From Gemmatimonadota bacterium (GTDB lineage: Bacteria > Gemmatimonadota > Gemmatimonadetes > Palauibacterales > Palauibacteraceae), in NCBI GenBank assembly GCA_965116475.1, contig OZ220691.1, positions 2,816,001-2,880,000 of the forward strand: a stretch of DNA of 64,000 nt. Direction: 5' to 3'. The notes under the pieces were generated by a model. It ran no database searches, had not been told where the DNA came from, and saw nothing but the letters and a program-made list of their open reading frames with translations. Made by a program: the position numbers and the translations under genes. This document shows, piece by piece, positions 29,025-39,017 of this stretch (its first letter is position 1; every line of letters starts with the position of its first letter).

Positions 29025-30149
29025 TCAGCCGGTTCGGGTGCCCCTGGCCGGGTCGTCGTCGACCCGCGAGCGTTCGCTGGCGATGAAGCCGTCGACGCTC
29101 TCGGGGACGAGCAGGTTGTCGGCGATGCGGGCGATCTCCTCCGCCTCCCGCCACCGCGCCTCCAGTTCCTTCAGTTCCCCCTCCAGCGCCTCGCGCTCCG
29201 CCTGCTCGTGCGTCGCCATCTCGATCGCCAGCCGCATGTCGACCTTGAGCCCCGCCAACGTGCCCGGCAGGGGCTTCATGAGATTCTCGACCTTCTTCGG
29301 CGCGAGATCCGCCTTTCCCGAGCCGGAGAAGTCGCGCATCGAGCGCCTGGCCGCCCCGGGAAGGAACGCCTCCGGATGTCCGGCCTCCTCGATCCGCTCG
29401 ACCGCGTCGCGGATCGCCTTCCGCGCGCCGCCGCGCCGGTTGGCGTGTGCCATGAGCTGACCGGCGAGGCCGATCGCCTCACTCCCGTGCACGATCATCG
29501 TGTGTCGACGGTTCTTGCGCTTGTTCGTCCTGTCCCACTTGCCCCAGCCCGGAATGTGATCCACGCGAAGGTCCCAGCCGGAGGCGTCGGGGCTCGGCAC
29601 AAGACGGGACGTATAGAGGTGCTTTCGCTGGACGCGGATGCGGTCGCCGTGCTCGTCCCTGAGACGGAGGAGGACGCGGTCGCGATACCAGGCTTGAGCC
29701 CCCTGGAAGAGCCCCGGGAAGATGCCGCCCATCGCGAATCCGGCGAGCGTGCCGCCGACGACGACCGCGCCCGCCGCCGCTCCGACGGCCCCGGTGACGA
29801 GCACCGCGCGCCGCCGGCGCCGGCCGAACTGGTCGCCGTAGCGCCATGCGGCGAACTCCTGGCGGACGGGGTCGCCGACACGGACGAGTTCGAGGCCCTC
29901 CTTGAGCTTCGCCAGCCCGATGTTGTCGGAGGCGACCCGCATGCGGGTGGACTCGAAGGCTCGTTCGCAGGCCTCGATCGCCTCCCAGCGCGTCTCCAGC
30001 GGGGAGAGGTTCCAGCGTTCGCAGCGCCGGCACACGACCCACAGCCGTCCCTTCGCCCCGTCGAAGGCGAGACGGCGGCCGACCGGGAACTCCTCGATGG
30101 CCTCGTTCCGGGCGAGGTCGCCGTGGCAGAAGATGCACGTCGTATACAT
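29025..30149 (-). CDS. Hypothetical protein, N-terminal CxxC...CxxC Zn ribbon + TM (paralog 2)
   Basis: MYTTCIFCH...VCRRCERWN; tandem paralog of 30149-31318. Confidence 0.8.
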   Translation of the reverse strand: MYTTCIFCHGDLARNEAIEEFPVGRRLAFDGAKGRLWVVCRRCERWNLSPLETRWEAIEACERAFESTRMRVASDNIGLAKLKEGLELVRVGDPVRQEFAAWRYGDQFGRRRRRAVLVTGAVGAAAGAVVVGGTLAGFAMGGIFPGLFQGAQAWYRDRVLLRLRDEHGDRIRVQRKHLYTSRLVPSPDASGWDLRVDHIPGWGKWDRTNKRKNRRHTMIVHGSEAIGLAGQLMAHANRRGGARKAIRDAVERIEEAGHPEAFLPGAARRSMRDFSGSGKADLAPKKVENLMKPLPGTLAGLKVDMRLAIEMATHEQAEREALEGELKELEARWREAEEIARIADNLLVPESVDGFIASERSRVDDDPARGTRTG

Positions 30150-31318
30150 CAGGTTTTCGCCGCGTTTGCGGGTTCGACGTCGGGACGCGCGGGTTCGGCG
30201 TCGGGTCGCGCGGGGTCGCTGCCGGGACGCGCGCGCTCATCCTCGATGAAATCCTCGACGCTGTCCGGAACGAAGAGGTTGTCGGCGATGCGGGCGATCT
30301 CCTCCGCCTCGCGCCACCGCGCCTCGAGTTCCTTCAGTTCCCCTTCGAGCGCCGCGCGCTCCGTCTCTTCGTGCGTCGCCATCTCGATCGCCAGCCGCAG
30401 ACCCGGGTTCAGGCCGGCGAGCGAGCCCGGCAGGGGCTTCCGGAGCTTTTCCATCTCTCTCGCGGCAAAGTCCACCCGGCGGCGGTTCCCGGAGGAGGGA
30501 GATCCGCGAGTAACGAAGCCGGAACGTCGGATTGCGCGTTGCGCCAGCTCCGCGGCTTCCGGGAGAAACGCCTCCGGATGGCCGGCGCGCTCGATGCGGC
30601 GCACGGCCCCGCGGATTTCGTCCTTCTTGCCCCCGCGCCGGTTGGCCTGCGCCATCAGCTGTCCGGCGAGCCCGAGCGCCTCGCGTCCGTGTACGATCAT
30701 CGTCTTCCGCCTTCTCCCTCCCTCCCGGCCGGGAAGGTGATCGACGGCCAGGCCCCAGCCGCGTCCGTCATCGTCCGGTATGAGACAGGACGTGTAGAGG
30801 TGTTTCCGCAGGACCCGAACCGGCACGCCGCGTTGATCCCGGGTCCGCAGGATCACGCGGTTGCGGTACCACCGCTGCGACATCCTGGTCCCGATCCAGA
30901 GTCCGCCCAGGGAGACGACGCCGCCTGCCCAGAGGGCCCCGACGGCGGTGGCCGCAGCCCCGGTGACGAGCATGGCCCGCTTGCGGCGCCGGCCGAACTG
31001 GTCGCCGTAACGCCACGCGGCGAACTCCTGGCGGACGGGGTCGCCGACGCGGACGAGTTCGAGGCCCTCCTTGAGCTTCGCGAGCCCGATGTTGTCGGAC
31101 GCGACCCGCATGCGGGTGGTCTCGAAGGCGCGTTCGCAGGCCTCGATCGCCTCCCAGCGCGTCTCCAGCGGCGAGAGGTTCCAGCGCTCGCAGCGCCGGC
31201 ACACGACCCACAGCCGTCCCCTGGCGCCGTCGAAGGCGAGACGGCGCCCGACGGGGAACTCCTCGATGGCCTCGTTCCGCTTGAGGTCGGCGTGGCAGAA
31301 GATGCAGGTCGTATACAT
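30149..31318 (-). CDS. Hypothetical protein, N-terminal CxxC...CxxC Zn ribbon + TM (paralog 1)
   Basis: Same N- and C-terminal blocks as paralog 2; TGATG coupling; GGAG RBS. Confidence 0.8.
   Translation of the reverse strand: MYTTCIFCHADLKRNEAIEEFPVGRRLAFDGARGRLWVVCRRCERWNLSPLETRWEAIEACERAFETTRMRVASDNIGLAKLKEGLELVRVGDPVRQEFAAWRYGDQFGRRRKRAMLVTGAAATAVGALWAGGVVSLGGLWIGTRMSQRWYRNRVILRTRDQRGVPVRVLRKHLYTSCLIPDDDGRGWGLAVDHLPGREGGRRRKTMIVHGREALGLAGQLMAQANRRGGKKDEIRGAVRRIERAGHPEAFLPEAAELAQRAIRRSGFVTRGSPSSGNRRRVDFAAREMEKLRKPLPGSLAGLNPGLRLAIEMATHEETERAALEGELKELEARWREAEEIARIADNLFVPDSVEDFIEDERARPGSDPARPDAEPARPDVEPANAAKT
30168..30230 (-). repeat. 3 x 21-bp imperfect in-frame tandem repeat (RPGSDPA/RPDAEPA/RPDVEPA)
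   Basis: Seen directly in the C-terminal tail of paralog 1. Confidence 0.75.
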
Positions 31319-31388
31319 GGGTCTCCAATGTCGCGGACGGTTCTGGCCGGGGATACCCGCGACCGCAGCGGCTTCATCGTATGCAGAT

Positions 31389-31417
31389 TTGCGATATAAA
31401 GATGATCTTTATATCAT
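31389..31417 (+). promoter_or_regulatory. Promoter with AT-rich operator palindrome (probable PadR site)
   Basis: TTGCGA (31389-94), 17 bp, TATCAT (31412-17); GATATAAAGA-TGA-TCTTTATATC (31393-31415). Confidence 0.75.
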
Positions 31418-31482
31418 GGTTCGACGACGCCCGGGGCGAACGTGGAACCTTCGACGCCGATTTACAGACGCGGAGATGCATC

Positions 31483-31809
31483 GTGCAGGTCACTCTCTCG
31501 AAGCGAATCAACGAGTTGCTCGTGCTCGCGGTCCTGGAGCGAGGACCCGCGCACGGATACCAGATCGCGCTCTCCGTGGAGGAACGGACGGGGGGCGCCT
31601 TCTCGTTTCAGCACGGGACGCTCTACCCGATCCTGCACCGGCTCGAGACGGACGGGCACGTGCGCGGCACCTGGGGCGGGGAGGGCCGGCGGCGGAAGAC
31701 GTACGAGCTGACCGACGCCGGCCGGGCCGAACTCGCGGCGGGGGCGGCGGATCTGGAGCGGCAGTTTCGGGTGCTGCTGGAACTCTTCGGGGGAACCCAT
31801 GCGGCCTGA
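31483..31809 (+). CDS. PadR family transcriptional regulator
   Basis: LLVLAVLERGPAHGYQI...GTLYPILHRLE..G...RRRKTYELTDAGR. Confidence 0.92.
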   Translation: MQVTLSKRINELLVLAVLERGPAHGYQIALSVEERTGGAFSFQHGTLYPILHRLETDGHVRGTWGGEGRRRKTYELTDAGRAELAAGAADLERQFRVLLELFGGTHAA

Positions 31810-32563
31810 GCATCCGCTGGCCGATGTCGAGCGGAGTCTCGCGGTACCGCCGCGACGCCGCCTCGACGTGCTGCAGGAGGTCGACGCCGACGCGGAGGCG
31901 CTGCAGGCGGAACTGGAACGTCGCGGGTATGGGCCGGCCCAGGCACGCCGCGCCGCCCTCAGCCGGGTCGTGCCGGACACGGAGACGCTCGCGCAACTCG
32001 AAGCGCAGCACGCGCCGCCTCTGGGCCGCTGGGTGCGCGGCGCGGGGTGGATCGACCGGGTGGAACGCCTCGGGATCGTCGTGGCCACGGGCCTGGCCGG
32101 GGCGGTGGCGTGCATCACGCTTCTCGGAGCGGCTCCGCTCGGCTCGGCGGCCGCGCTGGCCTGGCCCCAGGTCATCGTGGTCGCCCTTCTCGCCGCGAAC
32201 TGGACCCGGGCCGCCAAGCGTCTCTGGATCGACGGCGACCTGCGGCCCGAACTGCGGCGCCGGCTGTGGGAGCGGCAGATCGGGCTCATCGTCCTCGCGG
32301 TCGCCCTCGGGGCGCTGGGCGCCGCCCGCGAGGTCTACGGCGCCTTCGGAGCGCTGAAGGCCGAACAGTTCGCGCCGCCCGCCATGTGGGACGCCGTCGG
32401 TCGCATCGTCTCCCACGCCGCGCTCGGGCTGAGCGCGGCCATCTTCGGGCTCTTCGGCTGGCTCGCGATCACACCGCGCCTGATCGACGACGAAACGATG
32501 GAGCACCGCATATCGGCGTTCTTCGCCTCGCGGCTCTCACCCACCTCATCGACGCGGAGGTAG
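31799..32563 (+). CDS. Hypothetical membrane protein (about 4 TM) with helical N-terminal domain
   Basis: Overlaps PadR gene; hydrophobic segments; layout typical of PadR partner proteins. Confidence 0.65.
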   Translation: MRPEHPLADVERSLAVPPRRRLDVLQEVDADAEALQAELERRGYGPAQARRAALSRVVPDTETLAQLEAQHAPPLGRWVRGAGWIDRVERLGIVVATGLAGAVACITLLGAAPLGSAAALAWPQVIVVALLAANWTRAAKRLWIDGDLRPELRRRLWERQIGLIVLAVALGALGAAREVYGAFGALKAEQFAPPAMWDAVGRIVSHAALGLSAAIFGLFGWLAITPRLIDDETMEHRISAFFASRLSPTSSTRR

Positions 32564-32565
32564 CG

Positions 32566-32937
32566 ATGTCCTTCATCGAATCACTCGGATTCATCCAGTA
32601 TCCGATCTGGATCGTCCTGATCCTGATGCTGGTACAGATCGGACGCGCGACGGCCGACCGGTTCCGGTCGTCGGGAGCCCCGCCGGCGGGTCTGCGCATC
32701 CACTCCATCCTGGTGCTCGGCGCCCTCGCCGCGTGCCTCGGTGTGCTCGGATCCCTGGTCGGCGTCTGGCTGGCGGCGGAAGCCATCTCGCGGGCGGGGG
32801 AGGTAAACGCGGGGCTGGCGTGGGGCGGGATCCAGGTCGCCCTGGGCTCGTCCATCGTCGGTTTCCTCATCCTCGGCATGGCGTCGATCGCCTGGCTCGC
32901 CCTGCAGTACGCGGCCGGCCGGCGCGATGCGGCGTAA
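32566..32937 (+). CDS. Small MotA/TolQ/ExbB-like 3-TM membrane protein
   Basis: LGVLGSLVGV..A.EAI...G.....AWGGIQVALGSS..G resembles ExbB TM2-TM3; GGAGG RBS. Confidence 0.6.
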   Translation: MSFIESLGFIQYPIWIVLILMLVQIGRATADRFRSSGAPPAGLRIHSILVLGALAACLGVLGSLVGVWLAAEAISRAGEVNAGLAWGGIQVALGSSIVGFLILGMASIAWLALQYAAGRRDAA

Positions 32938-32944
32938 CGCGCCG

Positions 32945-35113
32945 ATGCGGATCCCGACGCTCGCCGCCGCCGGTTTCGCCCTCGTGATCGGTGCCTGCGC
33001 CTCAGAGCCGGAGGAAGGTCTCGGCGGCCTCTCGCGCCGCGACTCGGCAGGGGTGGCGGTTTCCGACAACGCGTCCGCCGACGCGCCGTTCGCGGGCGGG
33101 ACGGTGCACATCGCGGATCTCATGACCCCGGACAGCGCACTCACGGCACTCCCCTGGGGGGTGGCCGCGGATCCGATTGCCGGGCGCGTCTACGTGGCGG
33201 ACGTGACGGGCGCGCGGGTCGCCGTGTTCGACGGCGCGGGGGCATTCGTGGAGGAACTGGGACGGGCGGGAGAGGGTCCGGGCGAGTTCCGGGGCGTGTC
33301 CGCGCTGACGCTGGCGCCGGGCGGGACGCTCGTGGCGTTGGATGCGAGGCGGGGCGTGCTCAGCCGCTGGTCGCGGGACGGAGGATTCGCCGGCGAGGAG
33401 CGGCTCCCCGCGAGCTACTGGGGACCCGGGTTCGCGGTCGGCGAGGGCGCGGCGGCGGACTGGTTCGCGACCGTGGGGTCGGCTACGCAGGACATGTCGA
33501 TGGACCAGACGCTGGCGGTGCACACGCCGCGCGGAGCCGAACCGGTCCACGTCGTGCGGCGGGAACTGTCGCTTATGGAACTGCCGTGCGCGTCCATGCC
33601 CGCGCCGAAGGTGTTCGCGCCGGACGCGGTGTGGGCAAGCCGCGGCGACACGCTCTGGTTCGTGAACGGGGACGGGTTCCGCATCGACGGCTACGCGCGG
33701 GGAGAGGTCTTCGCCAGCGTGCGGCGGGCGGCGGCCCCGGCAATCCCGGTCACGCGGGCGATGGCGATCGCATCGCTCTCCTTCGGTCCGGGCCCGTACG
33801 GGAGCCTCATGCGGCAGTGCGGGGTGACGGCTGGAGAAGTGGTCGACGCCACCGGATACGAGGAGGTGCTGTCTCCCATCGTCGGTTTCACGCCCGATCC
33901 GGCGGGCGGCCTGTGGGTGTCGCGGCGGACGCGCGGGCTTCTCCCCGAGGTCATCGATGTGATGGGAGCCGGAGGCGGATACCTGGGGACGCTCGCCATC
34001 CCCGCCATCCCCGTCGGCTTCGCATCGCCGTCGCGGCTGGTGGCCGTGCGGCCGGTGCTGGAGACGGGGGAGATCCGGGTGTCGCTGTATGAAGTCGGGA
34101 CGGATGCGGCGGCCGCGGGCGGGACGGGCGCCCCCGACGGCCGCGGGCCCGCCGCCGGGAGCCCGTCCCCTCGGATCGGGTCGGTACTGCGCGGCGGGTC
34201 CCGACAGTCGCCCTCCGCCGCGGCGTCGGCTCCGCTCCGCCGTCCCCCGGAGCCCAACCCGGCGGGCCTGCGCGAGTTCAGCGACTGCGACCTCTGTCCC
34301 ATCATGGTGGAACTGCCGCCCGGAGGGTTCATGATGGGGCGCGCCGAGGGCGAGGACCGGCGCCTGGGGCTCGACCGGGAGCCGAAGCGGCCGGAGTTCA
34401 GCCGGGAGCGGGAGCGGCCCCGCGTGCAGATCGAGTTCGGACACCGGTTCGCCATCGGCAAGTACGAGGTGACATTCGACGAGTGGGACCGCTGTGTGGC
34501 GGCGGGGGGATGCGACTACCGGCCCACCGACAGGGGATGGGGGCGGGGAGACCGTCCCGTGATCCACGTCTCCTACCTCGACGCCGAGATGTACCTCGCC
34601 TGGCTGGCGAAGGAGACCGCCCGCCCGTACCGGCTGCCGAGCAGCGCCGAGTGGGAATACGCCGCCCGCGCCGGCACGACGACCGCCCGCTGGTGGGGAG
34701 ACGAGCTCGGGAGCGGACACGCGATGTGCGAGGAGTGCGGACTCGACTGGGAGGTGGGATCCACCGCGCCCACGGGCTCGCTGCCGCCGAATCCCTGGGG
34801 CCTGCACGACATGCTCGGCAACGTGTCCGAACTCGCGGCCGACTGCTGGACGGCCACCTACGACGAGGTGCCCACCGACGGCTCGCCCGTCCGCGAAGCG
34901 TCACATCACTGGAGCGAGGGCCGCTGCATGCGCCCCACCTGGCGGGGCGGCTACTTCCGCGCCTTCAGCTGGACCGTGCGCTCGGCGTGGCGCAGCGGCG
35001 GGAACATTCTGGCCACCGCCGACGTTCGTGACGACCACCCCCAAGTCGGCGGCAGCTCAGGCTTCCGCGTCGCCCTCACCCTCGACACGGCGTCGCCGGA
35101 CCCCGCCCGCTAA
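32945..35113 (+). CDS. Lipoprotein: 6-bladed (NHL-like) beta-propeller fused to an FGE/SUMF1 domain
   Basis: VIGAC lipobox; YVAD...GRAGEGPGEF; CPIMVELPPGGFMMG, FAIGKYEVT, YRLPSSAEWEYAARAG, NPWGLHDMLGNVSE, RGG, GFRVA. Confidence 0.82.
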   Translation: MRIPTLAAAGFALVIGACASEPEEGLGGLSRRDSAGVAVSDNASADAPFAGGTVHIADLMTPDSALTALPWGVAADPIAGRVYVADVTGARVAVFDGAGAFVEELGRAGEGPGEFRGVSALTLAPGGTLVALDARRGVLSRWSRDGGFAGEERLPASYWGPGFAVGEGAAADWFATVGSATQDMSMDQTLAVHTPRGAEPVHVVRRELSLMELPCASMPAPKVFAPDAVWASRGDTLWFVNGDGFRIDGYARGEVFASVRRAAAPAIPVTRAMAIASLSFGPGPYGSLMRQCGVTAGEVVDATGYEEVLSPIVGFTPDPAGGLWVSRRTRGLLPEVIDVMGAGGGYLGTLAIPAIPVGFASPSRLVAVRPVLETGEIRVSLYEVGTDAAAAGGTGAPDGRGPAAGSPSPRIGSVLRGGSRQSPSAAASAPLRRPPEPNPAGLREFSDCDLCPIMVELPPGGFMMGRAEGEDRRLGLDREPKRPEFSRERERPRVQIEFGHRFAIGKYEVTFDEWDRCVAAGGCDYRPTDRGWGRGDRPVIHVSYLDAEMYLAWLAKETARPYRLPSSAEWEYAARAGTTTARWWGDELGSGHAMCEECGLDWEVGSTAPTGSLPPNPWGLHDMLGNVSELAADCWTATYDEVPTDGSPVREASHHWSEGRCMRPTWRGGYFRAFSWTVRSAWRSGGNILATADVRDDHPQVGGSSGFRVALTLDTASPDPAR

Positions 35114-35262
35114 CCGCTCCCGCCGACTCCCGGGCCGGACCCGGTTGCACCCGCCCCGCAACCCGTTCTAGACTGAATCCCCCCGGCCGACGGGCGGCCG
35201 GATGAGTCCCGTTCCGGGAGCTCCGCCGGCGCTCCCGCCGGCACAGGATCAGGAGTGGCCGC

Positions 35263-35730
35263 ATGAAGCGCATCTCCATGACCGTGAACGGGGTTCGGCA
35301 CGAGGCGGACGTCGAACCCCGCACCCTGCTCGTTCATTTCATCCGCGAACAACTCGAACTGACCGGCACCAACGTGGGCTGCGACACGTCCTCGTGCGGC
35401 GCCTGCACGATTCTGATGAACGGTCAGTCGGTGAAGTCGTGTACCGTGCTCGCCGTGCAGGCGGAAGGCGCGGACGTGACCACGGTCGAGGGGCTCGCGA
35501 GCAACGGCGACTGGCACCCTGTGCAGAGGGCGTTCCACGAGAACCACGGCCTGCAGTGCGGGTTCTGCACGCCGGGGATGATGATGGCGGCGGTGGGCTA
35601 CCTGGATGAGAACCCGTCGCCGACGGAAGACGACGTCCGGCTCGCGCTGGAGGGCAACCTCTGCCGGTGCACCGGCTACCACAACATCGTCAAGGCGGTG
35701 CTCGCGGCCGCCGACGACATGGGCTCTTAG
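35263..35730 (+). CDS. CoxS-like 2Fe-2S subunit of a xanthine dehydrogenase-family molybdoenzyme
   Basis: [11 protein letters not shown]...[19 protein letters not shown]. Confidence 0.93.
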   Translation: MKRISMTVNGVRHEADVEPRTLLVHFIREQLELTGTNVGCDTSSCGACTILMNGQSVKSCTVLAVQAEGADVTTVEGLASNGDWHPVQRAFHENHGLQCGFCTPGMMMAAVGYLDENPSPTEDDVRLALEGNLCRCTGYHNIVKAVLAAADDMGS

Positions 35731-35747
35731 AGGAGGGGAGAGAGAAC

Positions 35748-38114
35748 ATGGCGACGGCTGAAAAATACGTTGGCGGCGGAGTCCCGAGGAAAGAGGATCC
35801 CAAGCTTCTCACGGGGCAGGGCACGTTCCTGGAAGGCCTCACGCTGCCCGGCATGCTGCACGCGGCGCTCGTGCGGAGCCCGCACGGTTCGGCGCGCATC
35901 AACTCGGTCGACGTTTCCGAGGCGGAGGCCGCGGAGGGCGTGGTGGCCGCGTACAGCGGGGCCGACCTCGCCGATGAATGGGCCGCGGGACTGCCCATGG
36001 CGTGGCCCGTGACCGACGACATCCGGATCCCCGACCACTGGCCGGTGGCGCAGGACGTGGCGCGCTACGTGGGCGACGCGGTGGCGGTCGTAGTCGCGAC
36101 GAGCCGCAACGCGGCGCTCGACGCGGCGGAACTGGTGGAAGTCGACTACGAGGTGCTGGAGGCGGTCGTGGACGTGGAGGCGGCGCTGGCCGACGACGCG
36201 CCGCGCGTGCACGAGTCGTTCGATGACAACAAGAGCTACACGTGGCCGCTGACCAACGGCGACGTGGACGCGGCGTTCGCGAAGGCCGACGTCGTGGTGA
36301 AGGAGCGCTACACGCAGCCGCGGCTGATCCCGAACGCGATGGAACCGCGCGCCGTCGTCGCGCAATCCGTCCCCTCGACGGGGGACTTCACCGTGTGGTC
36401 GACGACGCAGATCCCGCACGTGGCGAAAGTCCTGTTCGCGCTCACCCTCGGCATCCCGGAGAGCCAGATCCGGGTCATCGCGCCTTCCGACGTGGGCGGC
36501 GGCTTCGGCTCGAAGCTCAACGTGTACGCGGAGGAGGCGCTCTGCATCGCCCTCGCGCGCCGGATCGGGAAGCCGGTCAAGTGGGTCGCGGGCCGGAGCG
36601 AGGGATACCTGGCGACGATCCACGGCCGGGACCAGGTCCAGGAGATCGAGATCGCGGCGACCTCCGACGGCGACATCCTCGGATACCGCGTCAACATCAT
36701 CGCGGCCATGGGCGCCTACCTGCAGCTCGTGGCGCCGGGGGTGCCGCTCCTGGGCGCCTTCCTCTACTGCGGCTGCTACGGCGGCGAGGCGTACCACTTC
36801 GAATGCACGGGCGTGTTCACGAACACGACCCCGACGGACGCCTACCGGGGCGCGGGCCGGCCCGAGGCCACCTACGCCATCGAGCGGGCGATCGACGCGC
36901 TCGCGCGGGAGGTCGGCGTGGACGCGGCGGAGATCCGGCGCCGCAACTTCCTCCCGGCCGGCGACATGGTGCAGAGTCCGGGCGGGCTCGCCTTCGACTC
37001 GGCCGACTACGAGCCCGCGCTCGACCGCGCGCTGGAACTGCTGGACTACGACGGATTCCGGAGCGACCAGGCGGAGCGCCGGGAAGGCGGGGGCAGCAAG
37101 CAGATCGGGGTCGGGTTCTCCTCCTACGTGGAGATCTGCGGGCTCGCGCCCTCGCAGGTGCTGGCCTCGCTCAAGTACGGCGCCGGCGGCTGGGACGCGG
37201 CCACGGTGCGCATGCTGCCGACCGGAAAGGCGGAGGTGGTGACGGGCAGTTCGCCGCACGGGCAGGGGCACGTGACCTCCTGGTCCCAGATCGCGGCGGA
37301 CGCGCTCGGGATTCCGTACGAGGATGTCACGGTCCTCCACGGGGACACGCACGTGGCGCCGCACGGGATGAACACCTACGGGAGCCGCAGCCTCGCGGTG
37401 GCCGGGGTCGCGGTGCACAACGCGTGCGACCGGGTGGTCGACAAGGCGAGGGGACTCGCGGCGCACCTGCTCGAAGTGGCGCCGGAGGACCTCGAGTACG
37501 AGGCCGGGACCTTCTCGGTGAAGGGGGTGCCCGACCGCACGAAGTCGATGCCGGAACTCGCCTTCGCCGCGTGGACGGCGCACAGCCTGCCGGAGGACTC
37601 CGAGCCCGGGCTCGAGGCGAGCTGCGTGTACGATCCGCCGAACTTCACCTTCCCCTTCGGCACACACGTGGCGGTCGTCGAGGTGGATACGGAGACGGGC
37701 GCCGTGGACCTCGTCCGCTACATCGCGGTGGACGACTGCGGCCCCGTGATCAATCCCGTCATCGTGGACGGGCAGGTGCACGGCGGCGTGGCGCAGGGGA
37801 TTGCGGCCGCGCTGTACGAGGAAGCGACGTACGCGGAGGACGGGACGCTCGAGACGTCGTCGATGGTCAACTACCTCGTGCCGTCGGCGGCGGAGTTCCC
37901 GTCCTTCGAGACGGATCGAACGGTGACGCCGAGCACCTCGAACCCCATGGGGGTGAAGGGAATCGGCGAGGCGGGCACGATCGGGTCGGCGCCGGCGGTG
38001 ATCAACGCGATCGTGGACGCGCTCTCGCACCTCGGCGTGACGGACGTCCCGATGCCGGCGAGTCCGGAACGGGTCTGGCGAGCGATTCAGGCGGCCCAGG
38101 GAGGTGAGGCATGA
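35748..38114 (+). CDS. CoxL-like (form II) molybdopterin-binding large subunit
   Basis: GGGFGSK; AYRGAGRPE (form II, not AYXCSFR); HGQGH; GQVHGGVAQG; KGIGEAG. Confidence 0.92.
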   Translation: MATAEKYVGGGVPRKEDPKLLTGQGTFLEGLTLPGMLHAALVRSPHGSARINSVDVSEAEAAEGVVAAYSGADLADEWAAGLPMAWPVTDDIRIPDHWPVAQDVARYVGDAVAVVVATSRNAALDAAELVEVDYEVLEAVVDVEAALADDAPRVHESFDDNKSYTWPLTNGDVDAAFAKADVVVKERYTQPRLIPNAMEPRAVVAQSVPSTGDFTVWSTTQIPHVAKVLFALTLGIPESQIRVIAPSDVGGGFGSKLNVYAEEALCIALARRIGKPVKWVAGRSEGYLATIHGRDQVQEIEIAATSDGDILGYRVNIIAAMGAYLQLVAPGVPLLGAFLYCGCYGGEAYHFECTGVFTNTTPTDAYRGAGRPEATYAIERAIDALAREVGVDAAEIRRRNFLPAGDMVQSPGGLAFDSADYEPALDRALELLDYDGFRSDQAERREGGGSKQIGVGFSSYVEICGLAPSQVLASLKYGAGGWDAATVRMLPTGKAEVVTGSSPHGQGHVTSWSQIAADALGIPYEDVTVLHGDTHVAPHGMNTYGSRSLAVAGVAVHNACDRVVDKARGLAAHLLEVAPEDLEYEAGTFSVKGVPDRTKSMPELAFAAWTAHSLPEDSEPGLEASCVYDPPNFTFPFGTHVAVVEVDTETGAVDLVRYIAVDDCGPVINPVIVDGQVHGGVAQGIAAALYEEATYAEDGTLETSSMVNYLVPSAAEFPSFETDRTVTPSTSNPMGVKGIGEAGTIGSAPAVINAIVDALSHLGVTDVPMPASPERVWRAIQAAQGGEA

Positions 38115-38980
38115 TCCCCGCGTCTTTCGACTACGAGCGCGCGTCGTCTCTCGACGAGGCGCTGAGCCTGCTCGCCGCGGGCGGCGAGGACGCGCGGCCG
38201 CTGGCGGGCGGACATTCGCTCCTTCCGCTCATGCGCCTGCGGCTCGCGCGGCCCTCCCTGCTGGTCGATATCGGCGGTCTCGACGAACTACGCGGCGTGC
38301 ACGCGGATGGGGACTCGGTCGTCATCGGCGCGCTGACCACGCACCACGAGGTGGCCGGCGCGTCCGAACTCACGGGCGGCAGCGGCCTCCTCGCGAAGGT
38401 GGCGGAGGGGATCGGCGATCCGCAGGTGCGGCACCGCGGCACGCTCGGCGGTTCCGTCGCGCACGCGGATCCGGCCTCCGACCTGCCGGCGGCGCTGCTC
38501 GCGCTCGACGCGGAAATCAGCCTCGCGGGGCGCGGCGGCACGCGCTCGGTGGCGGCGGCGGACTTCTTCGTCGGCCCCTTCATGTCGGCCGCGGCCGATG
38601 GCGAGATCGTGACGGGCGTCCGGGTGCCGAAGCGAGAAGGCTGGGGCAGCGCCTACCGGAAGTTCCAGCGCCGCGCCCAGGACTGGGCGATCGTCGGCGT
38701 GGCCGCGGTCGTGAACTGGACCGAATCCGGCATCGCGGGCGCCGCGATCGGGCTCACCAACATGGGCGGCACGCCGCTGCGGGCGCCCGGGGTCGAGGCA
38801 GCGTTGACCGGCGCGTCCGAGAAGGCGCAGATCCTCGCCGCGGCGTCGAAGGTGTCGGAACTCGAGACGCCTCCGGCGGATGAGAATGCAAGCTCGGAGT
38901 ACCGCGTCCACCTCGCGCAGGTGCTGATCGCGCGCGCGGTGGCCGAGGCGGCCGGCTGCCCGGGGATGCAGTCGGACTAG
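38111..38980 (+). CDS. CoxM-like FAD-binding subunit
   Basis: LAGGHSLLP.MRLRLA.P..LVDI; IGDPQVRHRGTLGGS.AHADPASD. Confidence 0.92.
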   Translation: MIPASFDYERASSLDEALSLLAAGGEDARPLAGGHSLLPLMRLRLARPSLLVDIGGLDELRGVHADGDSVVIGALTTHHEVAGASELTGGSGLLAKVAEGIGDPQVRHRGTLGGSVAHADPASDLPAALLALDAEISLAGRGGTRSVAAADFFVGPFMSAAADGEIVTGVRVPKREGWGSAYRKFQRRAQDWAIVGVAAVVNWTESGIAGAAIGLTNMGGTPLRAPGVEAALTGASEKAQILAAASKVSELETPPADENASSEYRVHLAQVLIARAVAEAAGCPGMQSD

Positions 38981-39017
38981 CGTCCGGCCGGACGCCAGCC
39001 GGATCGGCCTCGCGCCG

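Noticed and set aside
34260..35113. FGE/C-type-lectin-fold domain as a diversity-generating retroelement target
   Set aside because: No template repeat or reverse transcriptase seen in the window
35748..38114. True aerobic CO dehydrogenase
   Set aside because: Lacks the AYXCSFR Cu-binding motif; form II gene order
38981..38994. Palindrome CGTCCGGCCGGACG between convergent coxM-like and ggt genes
   Set aside because: Short, GC-only, no loop or U-tract; could be chance
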